Below, piece after piece: positions 1 to 12,600 of a stretch of DNA of 64,000 bases. The notes beneath the pieces were generated by a model that saw only the letters and a program-made list of their open reading frames with translations, searched no databases and was not told the DNA's origin. This DNA is from Azolla caroliniana (taxonomy: Eukaryota > Plantae > Polypodiophyta), in the NCBI GenBank assembly GCA_043228905.1, contig JBHGNT010000005.1:4960001-5024000 (forward strand). Reading direction: 5' to 3'. Numbering within the stretch: the stretch's first letter is position 1; every line of letters starts with the position of its first letter. A program made the position numbers and the translations under genes.

Positions 1-516
1 TAATTCACCAAGCCCATACAAAGGGTATATATACAAAGAGACTCCTCGAAAGCGAGCTAAGGACTCAGAACATTAGCCACATTTCACTGTGACATTTGTA
101 AAAAATTCTTTGTATTACATATAACCACTTGGATGAGGCAACCTGCCCTAAGTTTGGGAATGTGATTTGCAGCATTCAAACAGAGAAATTCATTTAACCA
201 ACCTTCAACAACATCACCTAAAGCATATCTGATGGACTCTCCAAGCTCTACTTCTCTGAAAACTCTTCCTGGAATTCAAAAGTAATGCGAAGTAGTGTTT
301 TTTTGGAAAAATAAAATAAAATGCGATTGTCTTGTCTCCAACTAAAGCCTGATCATGGCTTTGAGCATAAACAACACATTTTCTTAGCATGTCTTTTTTC
401 TCAGCAATTCAATCCACTTGTCTGCAACTGCCTTATGCATCCTATATCTTATGCATCTGACGGGATATTTAATCTTGAGCTAGATAAATAAACAAAATAA
501 CCTACCTTATCCATGG

Positions 517-548
<32 letters not shown>

Positions 549-2429
549 ATATATCAAGCTCAACTAAGTATAAATAGAATCTAGTTAGTATGTTGACCGT
601 AAGCCCTTAAATAAGACCTTGTATTTAAGTGGGATACATTCTAGATCCTCCACTCCCAAGCTTATTAAATACATATAGGACTTACATCCTTGTACCTATA
701 TTCTCCTCACACATGTGCACCCTTGCACATGAGATGTATATATGTACCTAATTGTGGGTATTTTTGGAATCCTAGGAGTAGAGTTAGAATGTGTGAGAAA
801 TAGGTGGAATACGTGCGAGATAGGGAGAAAGTTGGGGCAAGGAGACAAACGATAAAACTTTGATTTTTAAGACATATTAATTAATGTTCAAGACTTGTGT
901 TGATCTACCTTCAATCACTTGGGGGGAAACCCCTTTTGTGTTAAGGACTTCTAATGATTCACTTGAGATAATCTAAAGGCAAAGCCCTCTTTGTGCATTA
1001 CATATGTATGAGCATGACCTATGTTTTCTTCCTAAATTAGAGAATCTATGTGTGAACACAAACCCTACACTTTTCCGAATAATAGATTGTGCATTAGAAC
1101 CATAAGACGAACATGTTCAGAACCATACAATCTTCTTGGTGTCATGACACCCATTGGCTTTATCAACTAGCTTTGGAAGGAATTTGTGTTTGGCATCCTT
1201 CTCAATCAGTTATTGGAAGCAAAACGTATCTTATATGAAATATGTTGACCGCCAAAAGAAACAATTGACGGCAAGATTGTGTTGAGTCGAAGATTTGTTG
1301 AAAACATAGAAAAAATGTGATCAAAGTCAAAACAATGTATAGATCAAGATGCGATACTTAGACTACTATACTTGTTAAGGGAAAAATATGCATAGTTGAC
1401 CGACTAGTCTCATAATTTGTGCTAGAACGTTCCATCTCATATTGAAGCAAGTGTGAGTCTAAGTCAAATGGAAGCAATCGTTTAGATGGTAGACAACAAG
1501 ATAAGCTCTAACGTGTATCGATGTTTGTGGTTTCTTTATTTGGTGAAGAGATTTTGTTTGAAGTTTCGTCCAACATATGTAGTATAATGTGTGAAGCGTG
1601 AGCCTCCACCATTTTCCATGTAATGATACATTGTCATTACAAAAAGGCCTTGTTCACAAAGGAATATATTGATGGCATCATGAATTGTGTTGCATCCTAT
1701 CAAACTGGAATAATTTTTTTTGCATTTATGTATATTTTAAATATTTTTCCTTGCTTCCGTTGCAATTGTAAGTAGTCGATGTGAGGGGCTTTTTCAACCT
1801 TTAAGCCTATACTGAACAACATATCATTCTTGCATGACCATGATCTTAGTGGGAATTGATTTGATCTCATGAAGTAGGAGGGTACATGGTGTCACAAACA
1901 AGGGATTATGTGAAATGGAGGCAACAAATATCAACTAAAGTGAGGTAGGAATAGAGAAAGAGAAACAATTACTAAGAAGGAAGAAAATGAGACAAATCGA
2001 TTGAAAGTTATGAATGTCGTAACTAGTGTTGTTCACCTTGATTGTAATAAAAGGGATTACACATGTATTCATACAAGGTTGGAGAGACGTGCATGCAAAG
2101 ATAGTTTTAGAATAGTGGATTATATTAATAAGCAATAATTTATCATAACTAAGTGGTTAAGGTTATTCCTTGTGTGGGAAAGGTTTGAGTTTAAATCATG
2201 GTTGTGAATCGTGATGTATGGCATTTGTTTTTTGTTTTGTTGTGCCAAAACAATGGCATTTGTTTCTTGACTTATTCTAAGGAAACACTTTTGGACTTGT
2301 TCAAACTCTTTCAATGCAAACGTAGGACTCTTATAACTTATCACCCCATTTTTCTGGAGTAGAAGAGATTCAGCACTAGTGTCTCTAAAGTGTAAAATTA
2401 AAGGACCCAACAAATAATTTCTCCACCAC

Positions 2430-2591
2430 CACATACATATGCAAATACATGACCATCTTTCTTTCCTGCCTCTAAGATTGAGAGAGTATATGTAGGACAT
2501 ATGTGTAAGTACATGTAGAAATTAGGATCTATTTAGTAAGGATGACACACATACATCTCCAAACACATGACAATCTTCCATTCTTGCCTCT
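2430..2591. repeat. ~118-bp host tandem duplication whose second unit is interrupted by the transposon and resumes at 14756
   Basis: Unit 1 reads ...cctgcCTCTaagattgagagagtat...acatgtagaaattaggatctatttagtaaggatg. Unit 2 reads ...cttgcCTCT[element]CTCTaagattgggggagtat...acatgtaaaaattaggatctatttactaaggatg. Confidence 0.85.
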
Positions 2592-2617
2592 GGGTCGAAG
2601 CATGCTACGGTGTACCA
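2592..2617 (+). repeat. Left terminal inverted repeat (26 bp)
   Basis: gggtcgaagcatgctacggtgtacca, followed by subterminal ttttggccaaaaattt-agtact that resembles the right-end reverse complement tttttggccacaaaaattgtc-agtact. Confidence 0.92.
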
Positions 2618-2862
2618 ACTTTTGGCCAAAAATTTAGTACTAAATCGAAGAAGAAAAGAAACATTAAAAATTGTAAATAAATTTCAAAAAACCAAAAACA
2701 AATTCATTACGTCACACTCGAATGTTCAAAGATATTATACGTCACACTCGAATGTCCCTAGGCCATATTTAATGCATTAAGTGTTGCCCCAGTCTCCTAG
2801 GTAGAGTTGTACGAAAGCACACCTGGAGAAGGTTTCCATTGTGACAGGTGGTCAGTGTCAAT

Positions 2863-2916
2863 CTCTCTCTCTCTGGTATTGGTAGTCGAACGTGTCAGTT
2901 GGTATGTCTCTCTCTC

Positions 2917-2960
<44 letters not shown>

Positions 2961-3049
2961 GTCTCGAAGTTGTCAGACAGACACCTTCGAAGGTCTGTTT
3001 CTCTCTGTCTCTCACTCACTCTATGTCTCTCTGTCTCTCTGTCTGTCTG

Positions 3050-3107
<58 letters not shown>

Positions 3108-3500
3108 GTCTCGAAGTTGTCAGACAGACACCGTCGAGGGTCTGTTTCTCTTTGTCTCTCACTCACTCTCTGTCTCTCTCTCTCTCTCTTCTACCTCGAA
3201 GTTGTCAGACAGACACCTTCGAAGGTCTGTTTCTCTCTGTCTCTCACTCCACCTTCGAAGGTCTCTTTCTTTCTTTCTTTCTGTTTCTCTCTCTCACTCC
3301 ACCTTCGATTCTCTGTTTCCCCGTTGTTGTTGTTCTTGTGTTCCCCTCTGTGCCAGGTTCGATCTCTGAACTCTGTATACGCAGCAGCCTCTGCAGCAGC
3401 CTCTGAAGTTTGTCTCCTCTGCAGCAGCCTCTGAAGTTTGCTCGTTTGTCTCCTCTGCAGCAGCCTCTGACGTTTTGCTCGTTTGTCATCCTGAAGTTTT
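2863..3500 (+). repeat. CT microsatellite with three copies of an interspersed ~70-bp unit, followed by short ctctgcagcagcctctga repeats; probable promoter/5'UTR of the cargo gene
   Basis: (CT)n tracts separated by ctcgaagttgtcagacagacacc(t/g)tcga(a/g)ggtctgtttctct near 2960, 3110 and 3195. Confidence 0.85.
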
Positions 3501-4220
3501 CTCGTTTGTCTCCCAAGGTATCGAAATCAAGACGGTGTGGTACCTCTGCAAGTTTAGCGACCTCCAGGTATTCTCTGTGTTGCATGCCCAACTGGTATGT
3601 ATTCTTTTTCTGAATGTTTCCTCTCTGTCTGTTTTTTATTTGTATGTGTATGACCATTTGTAGGTTTTGATTATTCATAGTCTATGTGTTGCATGCCCAA
3701 CTGGTATGTTTTTGTTTTCTCTGTGTTTCTCTGTGTTTCTTTTAAAAATGTATCACAATATTTTGTTCGATGTGGTTGTGTGTTAGACATGTTTGTACAT
3801 GTGGCCAAAATGGAGTTGGCTATGATGAGTTGCTATGTTTTTGTTTTGTTAATGTTTCATGTCCATCTGTTTTTATTTTGTGTGAGTTTGGCATGGATGA
3901 GTTTTTTTCCTACTATTTTGGGTTTTTGTATGTTGGACATGGCTTGTACATGCGATGTGATGGAGTTGGTTATGATGATTTACAAAGTTTTCGTTTTCTT
4001 TGACTTTCCTATTCGTCTGTTTTTATTTTCTGTGTGTTTGACATGGATGAGTTTTATTTTCTGTGTGTTTGACTATTTAGGGTTATTGTGTGTTGATTTG
4101 CAATGTGATGATTTGCTATGTGGTTTGTACATGTGGTTTGTACATGCAATGTGATGATTTGCTATGTGTTGATGGTAATTGATTTGCTATGTGTTGATGA
4201 GAATTGTGTTGACTAGGAAA

Positions 4221-7200
4221 ATGACGAGAAGGACACCCATAAAGAAGACATTGATGAAAGAGAAAGTGAAGACACCAGTGAAGGAAGGAAGAAGGACACC
4301 CATGAAAGAAAGCAAGAAGACACCCACAAGAGAAAGGGTGATGAATTCATCAACACAGAGAAAGAAGACCTGGCAGTACCAGTCCATCAGTCGAGACACA
4401 CCTCTTGGATGGAATTATTTCCTTCGGGCACGACCTGACGTTTACCCAGAGCTGAGAGAGTGGTTGTTAAAAACCTGGGGGTCAGCACATCCCGACACAA
4501 GGCGAGGATTCCACATGAGTGGTTTGAAGAGGGAATACATCAATTTATTGAAGACGAGATACGAACATGTTTATGATACAAATCAAATCACTAACAATGA
4601 GGTGGGTACTGTTTTTGCACGTGCTTTTGCATGTGAAGTTCAAGGTGGCATCGACGTTAATTGGGAAGATTTTAATCGGCACCGGTCAGAACATTACAAA
4701 GGGTCCTCCAGTACCAACACTGGCTTGAAGTCATCTGGAACCTCTCATGTGGATATTCCAGCTACAACACCTGTCCAACAAGTTCTAGAGGCAAAGGTAC
4801 GGGCCACAATGACTGAAAAACATGAACAGATGATGGCTGGTTGCATAGCTTCTATGAGCTCAAGAATACAAGCACTACTTGCTGATTTGGAAGCAGTTAA
4901 ATCAGCTGAGATACAGGCAGAAAAGAAATTTTCTTCAATAAAGACTACATATGAATGGATTGCATCGACAATCCAAAATTCAGAAAGTGAGGTGTTGAAA
5001 GAGGAGTTGAAGAAAGAGCTGAACAATATGGGTGCTCAATTACATTCACAGATGACAGACCTTGATACTTGCAGGAATGCACATGAAGAAATAGATAATA
5101 AGTTGTCAGCCTTAAAGTTGCATTCTGAGAACCTTGCATGCTTGATGCAGGATTTAAAACATAATGGTTTTGATACTTTGTGTCCATCTGTAATTGAGCA
5201 CCCAAGTGGTATAGAAAGTACCATTACTAGTATAGCTATATCACGGTATTAGCTTTAAAAGTTATTTATTTCTACTTTTATGGTATAAATAAGTGAGCAG
5301 CTAATATATTATAACTTGTGTTTGCAATCTTCCAGGTGTATATTTTGTGGCCTCGGATTCAAGCTGGAGGCTATGGATGTTGTGATTACACCATGCTTGC
5401 ACACATATCATGTGCTATGTGCTAAGTATCATTTTGAGAAAGAGAATACATGTATGGACTGTAAAACTACAATTGCGGCTGAGTGGTACTATGCTTGGGG
5501 TTTAAAAGTACACCCGTACGGTATGTGGCTCTACTATTCTATTGTTTGTATTATATAATGTCAATTATCATTTGGACTAGAACTAGTGTATGCCACAATT
5601 CATACTTAAAATTTAGGAGAACAATGGATTAGTATTAGTGTATCTCTAACAACAATGGGATAGTATTGGCAGTACTCTTAATATATAATTGGTATGTGTA
5701 GTTAGTTGAAGGGATATTTTCCAGAATTAGTAGTACTAAAAGGGAACCAGGTACAACATCGTCCAATCTATATTGTAACTTGCCTAGTATTAGTTTAGTA
5801 AACACTATACTTATAGTACACTGTTGACTGTTAGTATTGTTTGTGTAACTTGGAAATTAGTACTAGTAATGTAATTTGGGAACAAGGTGTCACTTAAATT
5901 GCTGAATAATAGTACAGTTTCTGTAATTTGGAAATGAGGTGTGTGAAACACATATCACGTTTAGTACTAATACTGTTCAAGTTCAATACTGTTGGTGTAA
6001 TTAGTACAAGTTATGTAACTAGGTGTGTAGAACACATATCACGTTTAGTATTACTTGTGTGCAAAATACCAATCTACATTTGTTGGATTAGTACTTAGTA
6101 ATTACTACATTGTTCATGATTAGTACTAGTTTTGTACTTTGTGAACTAAGTTTCTAGTACATTGCTCATGATTAGTAATAGTTTTGTAACTAAGTGAGTA
6201 GTACATTGCTCATGATTAGTACTAGTTTTGTAATTTGGGAACTGAGTAGTACTTTGTTCCCTATTAGTACTAGATTTGTACCTTATTTGTGTAAATTGGT
6301 AACTAAGTGAGTAGTATATTGTGCATGATTAGTACTATTTGTGTAATTTGGGAACTAAGTGAGCAGTACATTGTTCGGGATTAGTACTAGTTCAGTGATT
6401 TAGGAAATAAGTGAGTAGTACATTGTTCAAGATTAGTACTACTTATAAATTTGACAAAGTCAGTGGTGCATTTTTCGGGATTAGTACTTGTGCATGATTA
6501 GTACTACTTGTGTATATTGTGCATGATTAGTACTATTTGTGTAATTTGCGAACTAAGTGAGCAGTACATTGTTCCTTATAAGTACTAGTCCACTAATTTA
6601 GGAAACAAGTGAGTAGTACATTGTTCATGATTAGTACAGTGGTACATTGTTCGGGATTAGTACTCCTTGTGTAACATGGTAACTAAGTGAGTAGTATATT
6701 CTGCATGATTAGTACTACTTGTGTATATTGTGCATGATTAGTACTACTTGTGTAAATTGGGAACTAAGTGAGCAGTACATTGTTCCTTATTAGTACTAGT
6801 TCAGTAAATTAGGAACTATGTGAGGAGTACATTGTGACCTACATTGTATATTTTAGATGATGGTACTAACGTTCAACGTTTTTTTGTTTCTTGCAATGAA
6901 TGTCGTAGTGTCAAGCAACTCCACGCCAGGGAAGGTCATGGAACTACCAGCCCCTGTGCCTAAACCCTCAATATTTGCCGCACATTCCAAGGTTCAGGGA
7001 CCATCATTACCAATAACCTATGATTTTTATGATGAGGATGAATGTATGAGAAGGGCCATTGGAGCAGTGGAACATATGCTTCTACAAACAAATTCCCCAA
7101 GCTCCGGTCAACAATTTGAAATAGAGCCCACTAAGAAGAGAAATGATGTGTCTTTAGAAATAGAGCCCAGTAAGAAGAGAAATGCTGCAAGAATGTTGTA

Positions 7201-8722
7201 TGGAAACGGCAAGAAAAGGAAAGTTGAATGCAATGGTGAGTCATATAAGTTCTCACCTGTCAGGAGCGTTGTCAACCTAATCCATTGTCTAATACCATGT
7301 ACTTGTGTTGCTAGCTGATGACGAAATGATATTTGGTGACGGAGATACGAGTTCAAAACCTGATCGTGAAGACGAATTTATCACACTCCCAGGTAAACGT
7401 CAAAAGCCAGACTTTGAAAACAATGATTTAGCTCATAACAACCCTATTATATTGTTGCTTTTGGTGCATTCTATAGATCATAGCAACACTGTTGAGCACC
7501 TAGATGTTGTGGAGAAGATGACCGAGCCCACCACTTGCAATGGGGTATTTACGGCTGTACAGTATGACCATGTAACATTAGGTAAAAATGTGGCCCAAAA
7601 CCCTATGTTCATTGTTTGCAAACTTTTGAGTATGTGAGTTGATACTAATATTGTTTGGAATCCCATTAATTAGGTTTACAAGAGCAGCCTGAATCGGGAA
7701 CTTCATGGAGCACAAGTGCAGAGTCAGATTCTGGGATTAACCTTTCCACGGAGGCAGATTCTGGAAGCACATCTTCCACACATGAGGATTGTGAGAAAAA
7801 CGAAGCATTCATATGTGAAGAGCAGCTGGCATGTCCAAACAACAGTATGTCTAAAGAAGCCCATGAGGAGTGTGGAAAGAATATGGCAAGTACTGAAGAG
7901 AAGATTGAAGCCCATGAAGAGTCTGGAAAGAATATGGCAAGTACTGAAGAGAAGATTGAAGCCTATGAAGACTCTGGAAAGAATATGGCAAGTACTGAAG
8001 AGAAGATTGAAGCTCATGAAGAGTGTGGAAAGAATATGGCAAGTACTGAAGAGAAGACTGAAGCCCATGAAGAGTGTGGAAAGAATATGGCAAGTACTGA
8101 AGAGCAGACTGATTGTACTGATAATGTGTTAGTAGTGTCTACTGATAATGTGCTAGTACTGTCTAAAGATTCTGATGAGGAGTATGGAAAGAACATTGCT
8201 AGTAATGAAGAGGAGCTTGATTGTACTGAGAATGCCCAAATGGATCGTGGAAAGAACATCGCTTTCCCTGAAGATAAGCCTGATTGTACAGAATCACATG
8301 AGGAGCCTGATTGTACAGATAAGCCTGATTGTACACGTAGTCTTAAGAATGAGTTGACAGCCACCGTACAAGAGGAGTTGACCATGACTACTGCCATAGT
8401 CCACATACAGGAGTCTAATAAGAACGAGTGTACAGGCATCATTGATGATGATAGGGGAATAAAGATGAGTGATAATTTGACTATCGACAGCACCTTTGTG
8501 GATTTGTGTACAAGCATTGCAGTTGCAGAAAACACAGTTGCTCTCTCAAGCTTGCCACCAGTACAAGGTGCCCGCGCATCCACGCCTATCTCTGATGCCT
8601 CTGATGATGAAGTGCCACTTAGTCAGCTCATACCTAAAGGCTTTAAGATAAAGAAGAATGTAAAATCTGGCACCAACAACAAGCGCATTACAAGATCGGC
8701 CAAGTTACCCTCTAGTGCCTGA
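4221..8722 (+). CDS. Transposon cargo gene, ~922 aa: TPxK repeats, unrecognised domain, coiled coil, RING-H2 finger, acidic 17-aa repeats, basic C-terminus
   Basis: Exons 4221-5245, 5336-5520, 6909-7235, 7315-7392, 7477-7581, 7674-8722. All introns are GT-AG with consistent phases, giving 2769 nt open. Exon 2 encodes CIFC...CLHTYHVLC...CMDC (C3H2C3). A tag acceptor at 4216 precedes ATG 4221. The 7393-7476 intron is in frame and could be retained. Confidence 0.75.
5521..6908 (+). repeat. Cargo intron 2 built from degenerate AGTACT/AGTACA-rich tandem repeats
   Basis: Recurrent units such as gtgcatgattagtactacttgtgta and aactaagtgagtagtacattgttc, most regular at ~6100-6830. Confidence 0.85.
7856..8110 (+). 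repeat. Exonic 51-bp tandem repeat, 5 copies (EAHEECGKNMASTEEKI-type)
   Basis: Directly visible in ORF 7847-8722; each unit contains aagtactg. Confidence 0.9.
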
Positions 8723-9642
8723 TTTTCGTCCGATTGTACTTGAACTTTAGCTGTTAGTGATGTCTGAAATACCTCTATTTGGATACCAAAATACTGTTTC
8801 AATTGCCAATGTCAAAATTCCACTTCTGTATTTTGTAGAAACAATGGGAATATACTTTTTGATCTAAGTATTCCTCTTTTTACAACGTTTTGTTTCTTTT
8901 TTGAGATCATCTCCTGATGAGTTGCCAAGTCTTTGAGTCTGTTGTAGATAAAATGCTTGAAATTCTTCTTAGCTTGCTAGGAAAATTTAGGTTTTCAGGT
9001 GTTAATGATGATAAACAGAAAATATCGGGTGTTATTGAAGTATAGACTGTTTCATCAATCCCATTTGGAGGGTAACCAGAATTTGTGCAAATTGTTGAAG
9101 CAATGTGGGCCATATTTTGATGATATCATCCCAATGGATGAACTATCCACTAACAGTAGTAAGGAAACACTCCCCTTTTTGAGCTATCACAAATTATTGT
9201 TTCAGGAGTTGGATTATTTTGTTAAGGAATTTGAGGCTTCATTGCACATTTGCTTCTTGAAGAATGAACTTACAGTATAAAATCTTACAATATTAAAGTC
9301 ATAATTTGAATTCAACTTACAGATTTATGTGCCTACAGAGGACACACCAACGGCAATGAATCTAGACTTTATCAAGAAGATATACAATATTTTTACTCAT
9401 TTTACCATGGCTCTGCAAAACTTCTATGCTCAAATAACATCAGGAAACATGAGCAATATCGGCAATGAAGAAATCCAAGTCTTGTTGACAACAACTAATA
9501 TATTATGAAAGATAAGTACAAGTGGTTGACAGGCATAAACACTTTAGAAGAAAGATGAAATATATCAATTCATTTGTCAATCATCAAAATTAATAGTGAA
9601 CTCCAAGTATTGAGAGGGTACAATGTATTGAGAGGGTGACTT

Positions 9643-12600
9643 TCAAGCATTAAATAGAGAGACCTCCCCTAATATGTGCTCATGAACCTCTTGGGGGACC
9701 TTGTAGACAGTGTTGTATCCCTTAACCTTGTGCTTTGCTTGAGTCATATTGAATTTGATCGCAAGAATGGCATCAACGTAGATTATTGCGATGGGTGCTT
9801 CTTTTAGTAATGCATATGTGTTCTTGCACTGCGGCAACTTTGCATAATAGTTTCCATACACGACAGACTCACCAACGTTGAAATTGTTGCCCCAGCCATC
9901 CCTCACCACTTCTTTCAATAATGTCTTTCCTTGCTTGCACACCACAATGTAGTAGTCTTCTAAATCTTCATTCTGAGGAGATTTGAGCACTGCAAAATGA
10001 TCTCCAACTTCCAATAAAACTGCCAAGTCTTGATTTTGGTTGTAGTATACAATATCGTTTGAATGCACATCATCTTCAATATCATCTTGTCGTTCAGGCT
10101 CAAGCTTCTGCAACTTCCAGGGCTCCACGATTGATAGGTTGATGCATTTATCCCAAGCTTCATCTATACACATGGAACAAAAGCATGATAAACTACGTAG
10201 TAACAATTGTGTTGTGTCCTTGCGGCTAAACCCTAACACACAATGGGTGCTGCGTGTGCCTTTCACGGTTTTACAACCATATGATTTAGTTCTATCGACC
10301 TCATCAGCGCGAACTTCAACAAACAATCTGTTCTTACCATCATTTGACATCTTCCATGTTAGCCACTGCACAACATCATGTGCATTTTGTAGCTTAGCAC
10401 CATTATTATCCAACTGCTCACTTGTAAGGGCACGTTTGATCACAGCCCCCGCGCCATCATGCTCTCCTTTTCCATGTCCAGACCCGAAGTAATTCCATTG
10501 CATACGAATGTTGAATAAGGAGAAATACCTGCTTTTGTAACTCAGGTTTCCAACAAAATTAGTACTATGTTGTCAATAGAGAGTACTACACTTCCATTAA
10601 TACTGGCATCCATTTAATACTAACTTAGTATGGATATAACTTAGTACTAACTTAGTCTGGTTTATACTATGAGTACAAGATGAGTACTTTACATCCCCTT
10701 GTATAGTACAATGTGTCTATGGAGAACCCTTCACATGGATTAAAACATAATTAGTACAATTCTCTTAAGGACGGACAATACTATAAGTACAAGATGAGTA
10801 CTTTACATCCTTTTGTAAACACAACATAGTACAGAAGCAACACACAACATAGTACAATGTGTCTATGGAGAACCCTTCACATTGATTAGTCGATACTTAG
10901 TACAATTCTTAGTACTAACTTAGTCTGGTTTATACTATGAGTACAAGATGAGTACTTAACATCCTCTTGTATAGTACAATGTGTCTATGGAGAACCCTTC
11001 ACATGGATTAAAACATAATTAGTACAATTCTCTTAAGGACGGACAATACTATAAGTACAAGATGAGTACTTTACATCCTTTTGTAAACACAACATAGTAC
11101 AGAACCAACACACAACATACTACAATGTGTCTATGGAGAACCCTTCACATTGATTAATCGATACTTAGTATGGATATAACTTAGTACTAACTTAGTATGG
11201 TTTATACTATGAGTAGAAGATGAGTACTTTACATCCTCTTGTATAGTACAATGTGTCTATGGAGAACCCTTCACATGGATTAAAACATACTTAGTACAAT
11301 GCTCTTAAGGACGGACAATACTATGAGTACAAGATGAGTACTTTACATCCTCCTGTAAACACAACATAGTACAGATACAACACACAACATAGTACAATGT
11401 GTCTATGGAGAACCCTTCACATGGATTAAAACATACTTAGTACAATGCTCTTAAGGACGGACAATACTATGAGTACAAGATGAGTACTTTACATCCTCCT
11501 GTAAACACAACATAGTACAGATACAACACACAACATAGTACAATGTGTCTATGGAGAACCCTTCACATGGATTAAAACATACTTAGTACAATGCTCTTAA
11601 GGACGGACAATACTATGAGTACAAGATGAGTACTTTACATCCTCCTGTAAACACAACATAGTACAGATACAACACACAACATAGTACAATGTGTCTATGG
11701 AGAACCCTTCACATGGATTAAAACATAGTACAAACAAAATTAGTATGCATGCATCCATTCACAAGTGCAAGATTCGAATAGTTACAAACATAATTAGTAT
11801 GCATCCATGTGAATAGTACTGTTTGTTAATAATTACAAACATAATTAGTATGCATGCACTAACACAAGAATTACTTCCTTACACATTGCATGGTAAGTAC
11901 TAAACATATGGATTAAAAATTACCTGGCGATAAAGTAGAACGATCGTGCCGCCTTAAACTGCGAGGCAGCACCATCAGACCAAACCCAATGACGGTTAAA
12001 GGTTACCCCTAGAGAAAATAAATCTGCATGGTGAAGCTTAAAACAATGTTGAACAAATAGTGTATCATGCTTTTTATCATCTGAAATGTAAAATATTGAT
12101 TTCTTATGTAACTCACCGTCTTGCCTCCAATAGCAAATATGCACAAGTATTGTACATTGATCATTGTACCAATGCATTGATTGAACCTCATTCTGAACTT
12201 TAAATGTATAGTTTTCTGCAAAGTCAATAACAGATACGATGACACCCGTTGGTAAGTTATTAATACATTCCTTGAATTGTGAATTTTGCCAATAACTCCG
12301 GAAGTTATGTGGAATGAACTCCCCAAGTTGTTTCTTAAATTCTGAGACAAGGGTAGCAGCACATGTCTCCTTATATACTTCCTTGATACGCTTAGTTACA
12401 ACTCCCTTGCCAATATTTTCAGTCACATACTCTAAATATTTCCATTTCACGATATGACTGTTTCCCAAATCAAGCTCCTGCATACAAAATAATGGTAGCG
12501 GACAAACCTTACATGTTCTTAATAGACATGTACGACGATGCCACTCACATGATGGTTCTTTTTCACAAACACAAGACCTCCATAGCTCAGAAACAGATGC

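Noticed and set aside
475-563. Short imperfect inverted repeat around a (TA)n tract
   Set aside because: Only ~20 bp with several mismatches in AT-rich DNA; may be chance.
2807-3434. Long ORFs in several frames (SLSLSL / ERERER)
   Set aside because: Artefacts of the CT microsatellite; not credible proteins.
3684-4154. Hydrophobic 156-aa ORF
   Set aside because: TG-rich low-complexity sequence, best explained as the 5'UTR intron of the cargo gene.
7716-8583. Alternative-frame and antisense ORFs over the 51-bp repeat
   Set aside because: Shadows of the repeat exon; only the 7676/7847 frame splices in phase with upstream exons.
8907-9280. Possible third gene inside the transposon
   Set aside because: Short ORFs without motifs in the convergent 3'UTR interval; no support without transcripts.
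10560-11730. CRISPR-like regular repeats
   Set aside because: The intervening sequences are repeated rather than unique spacers, there are no cas genes, and the array lies in a spliceosomal intron.
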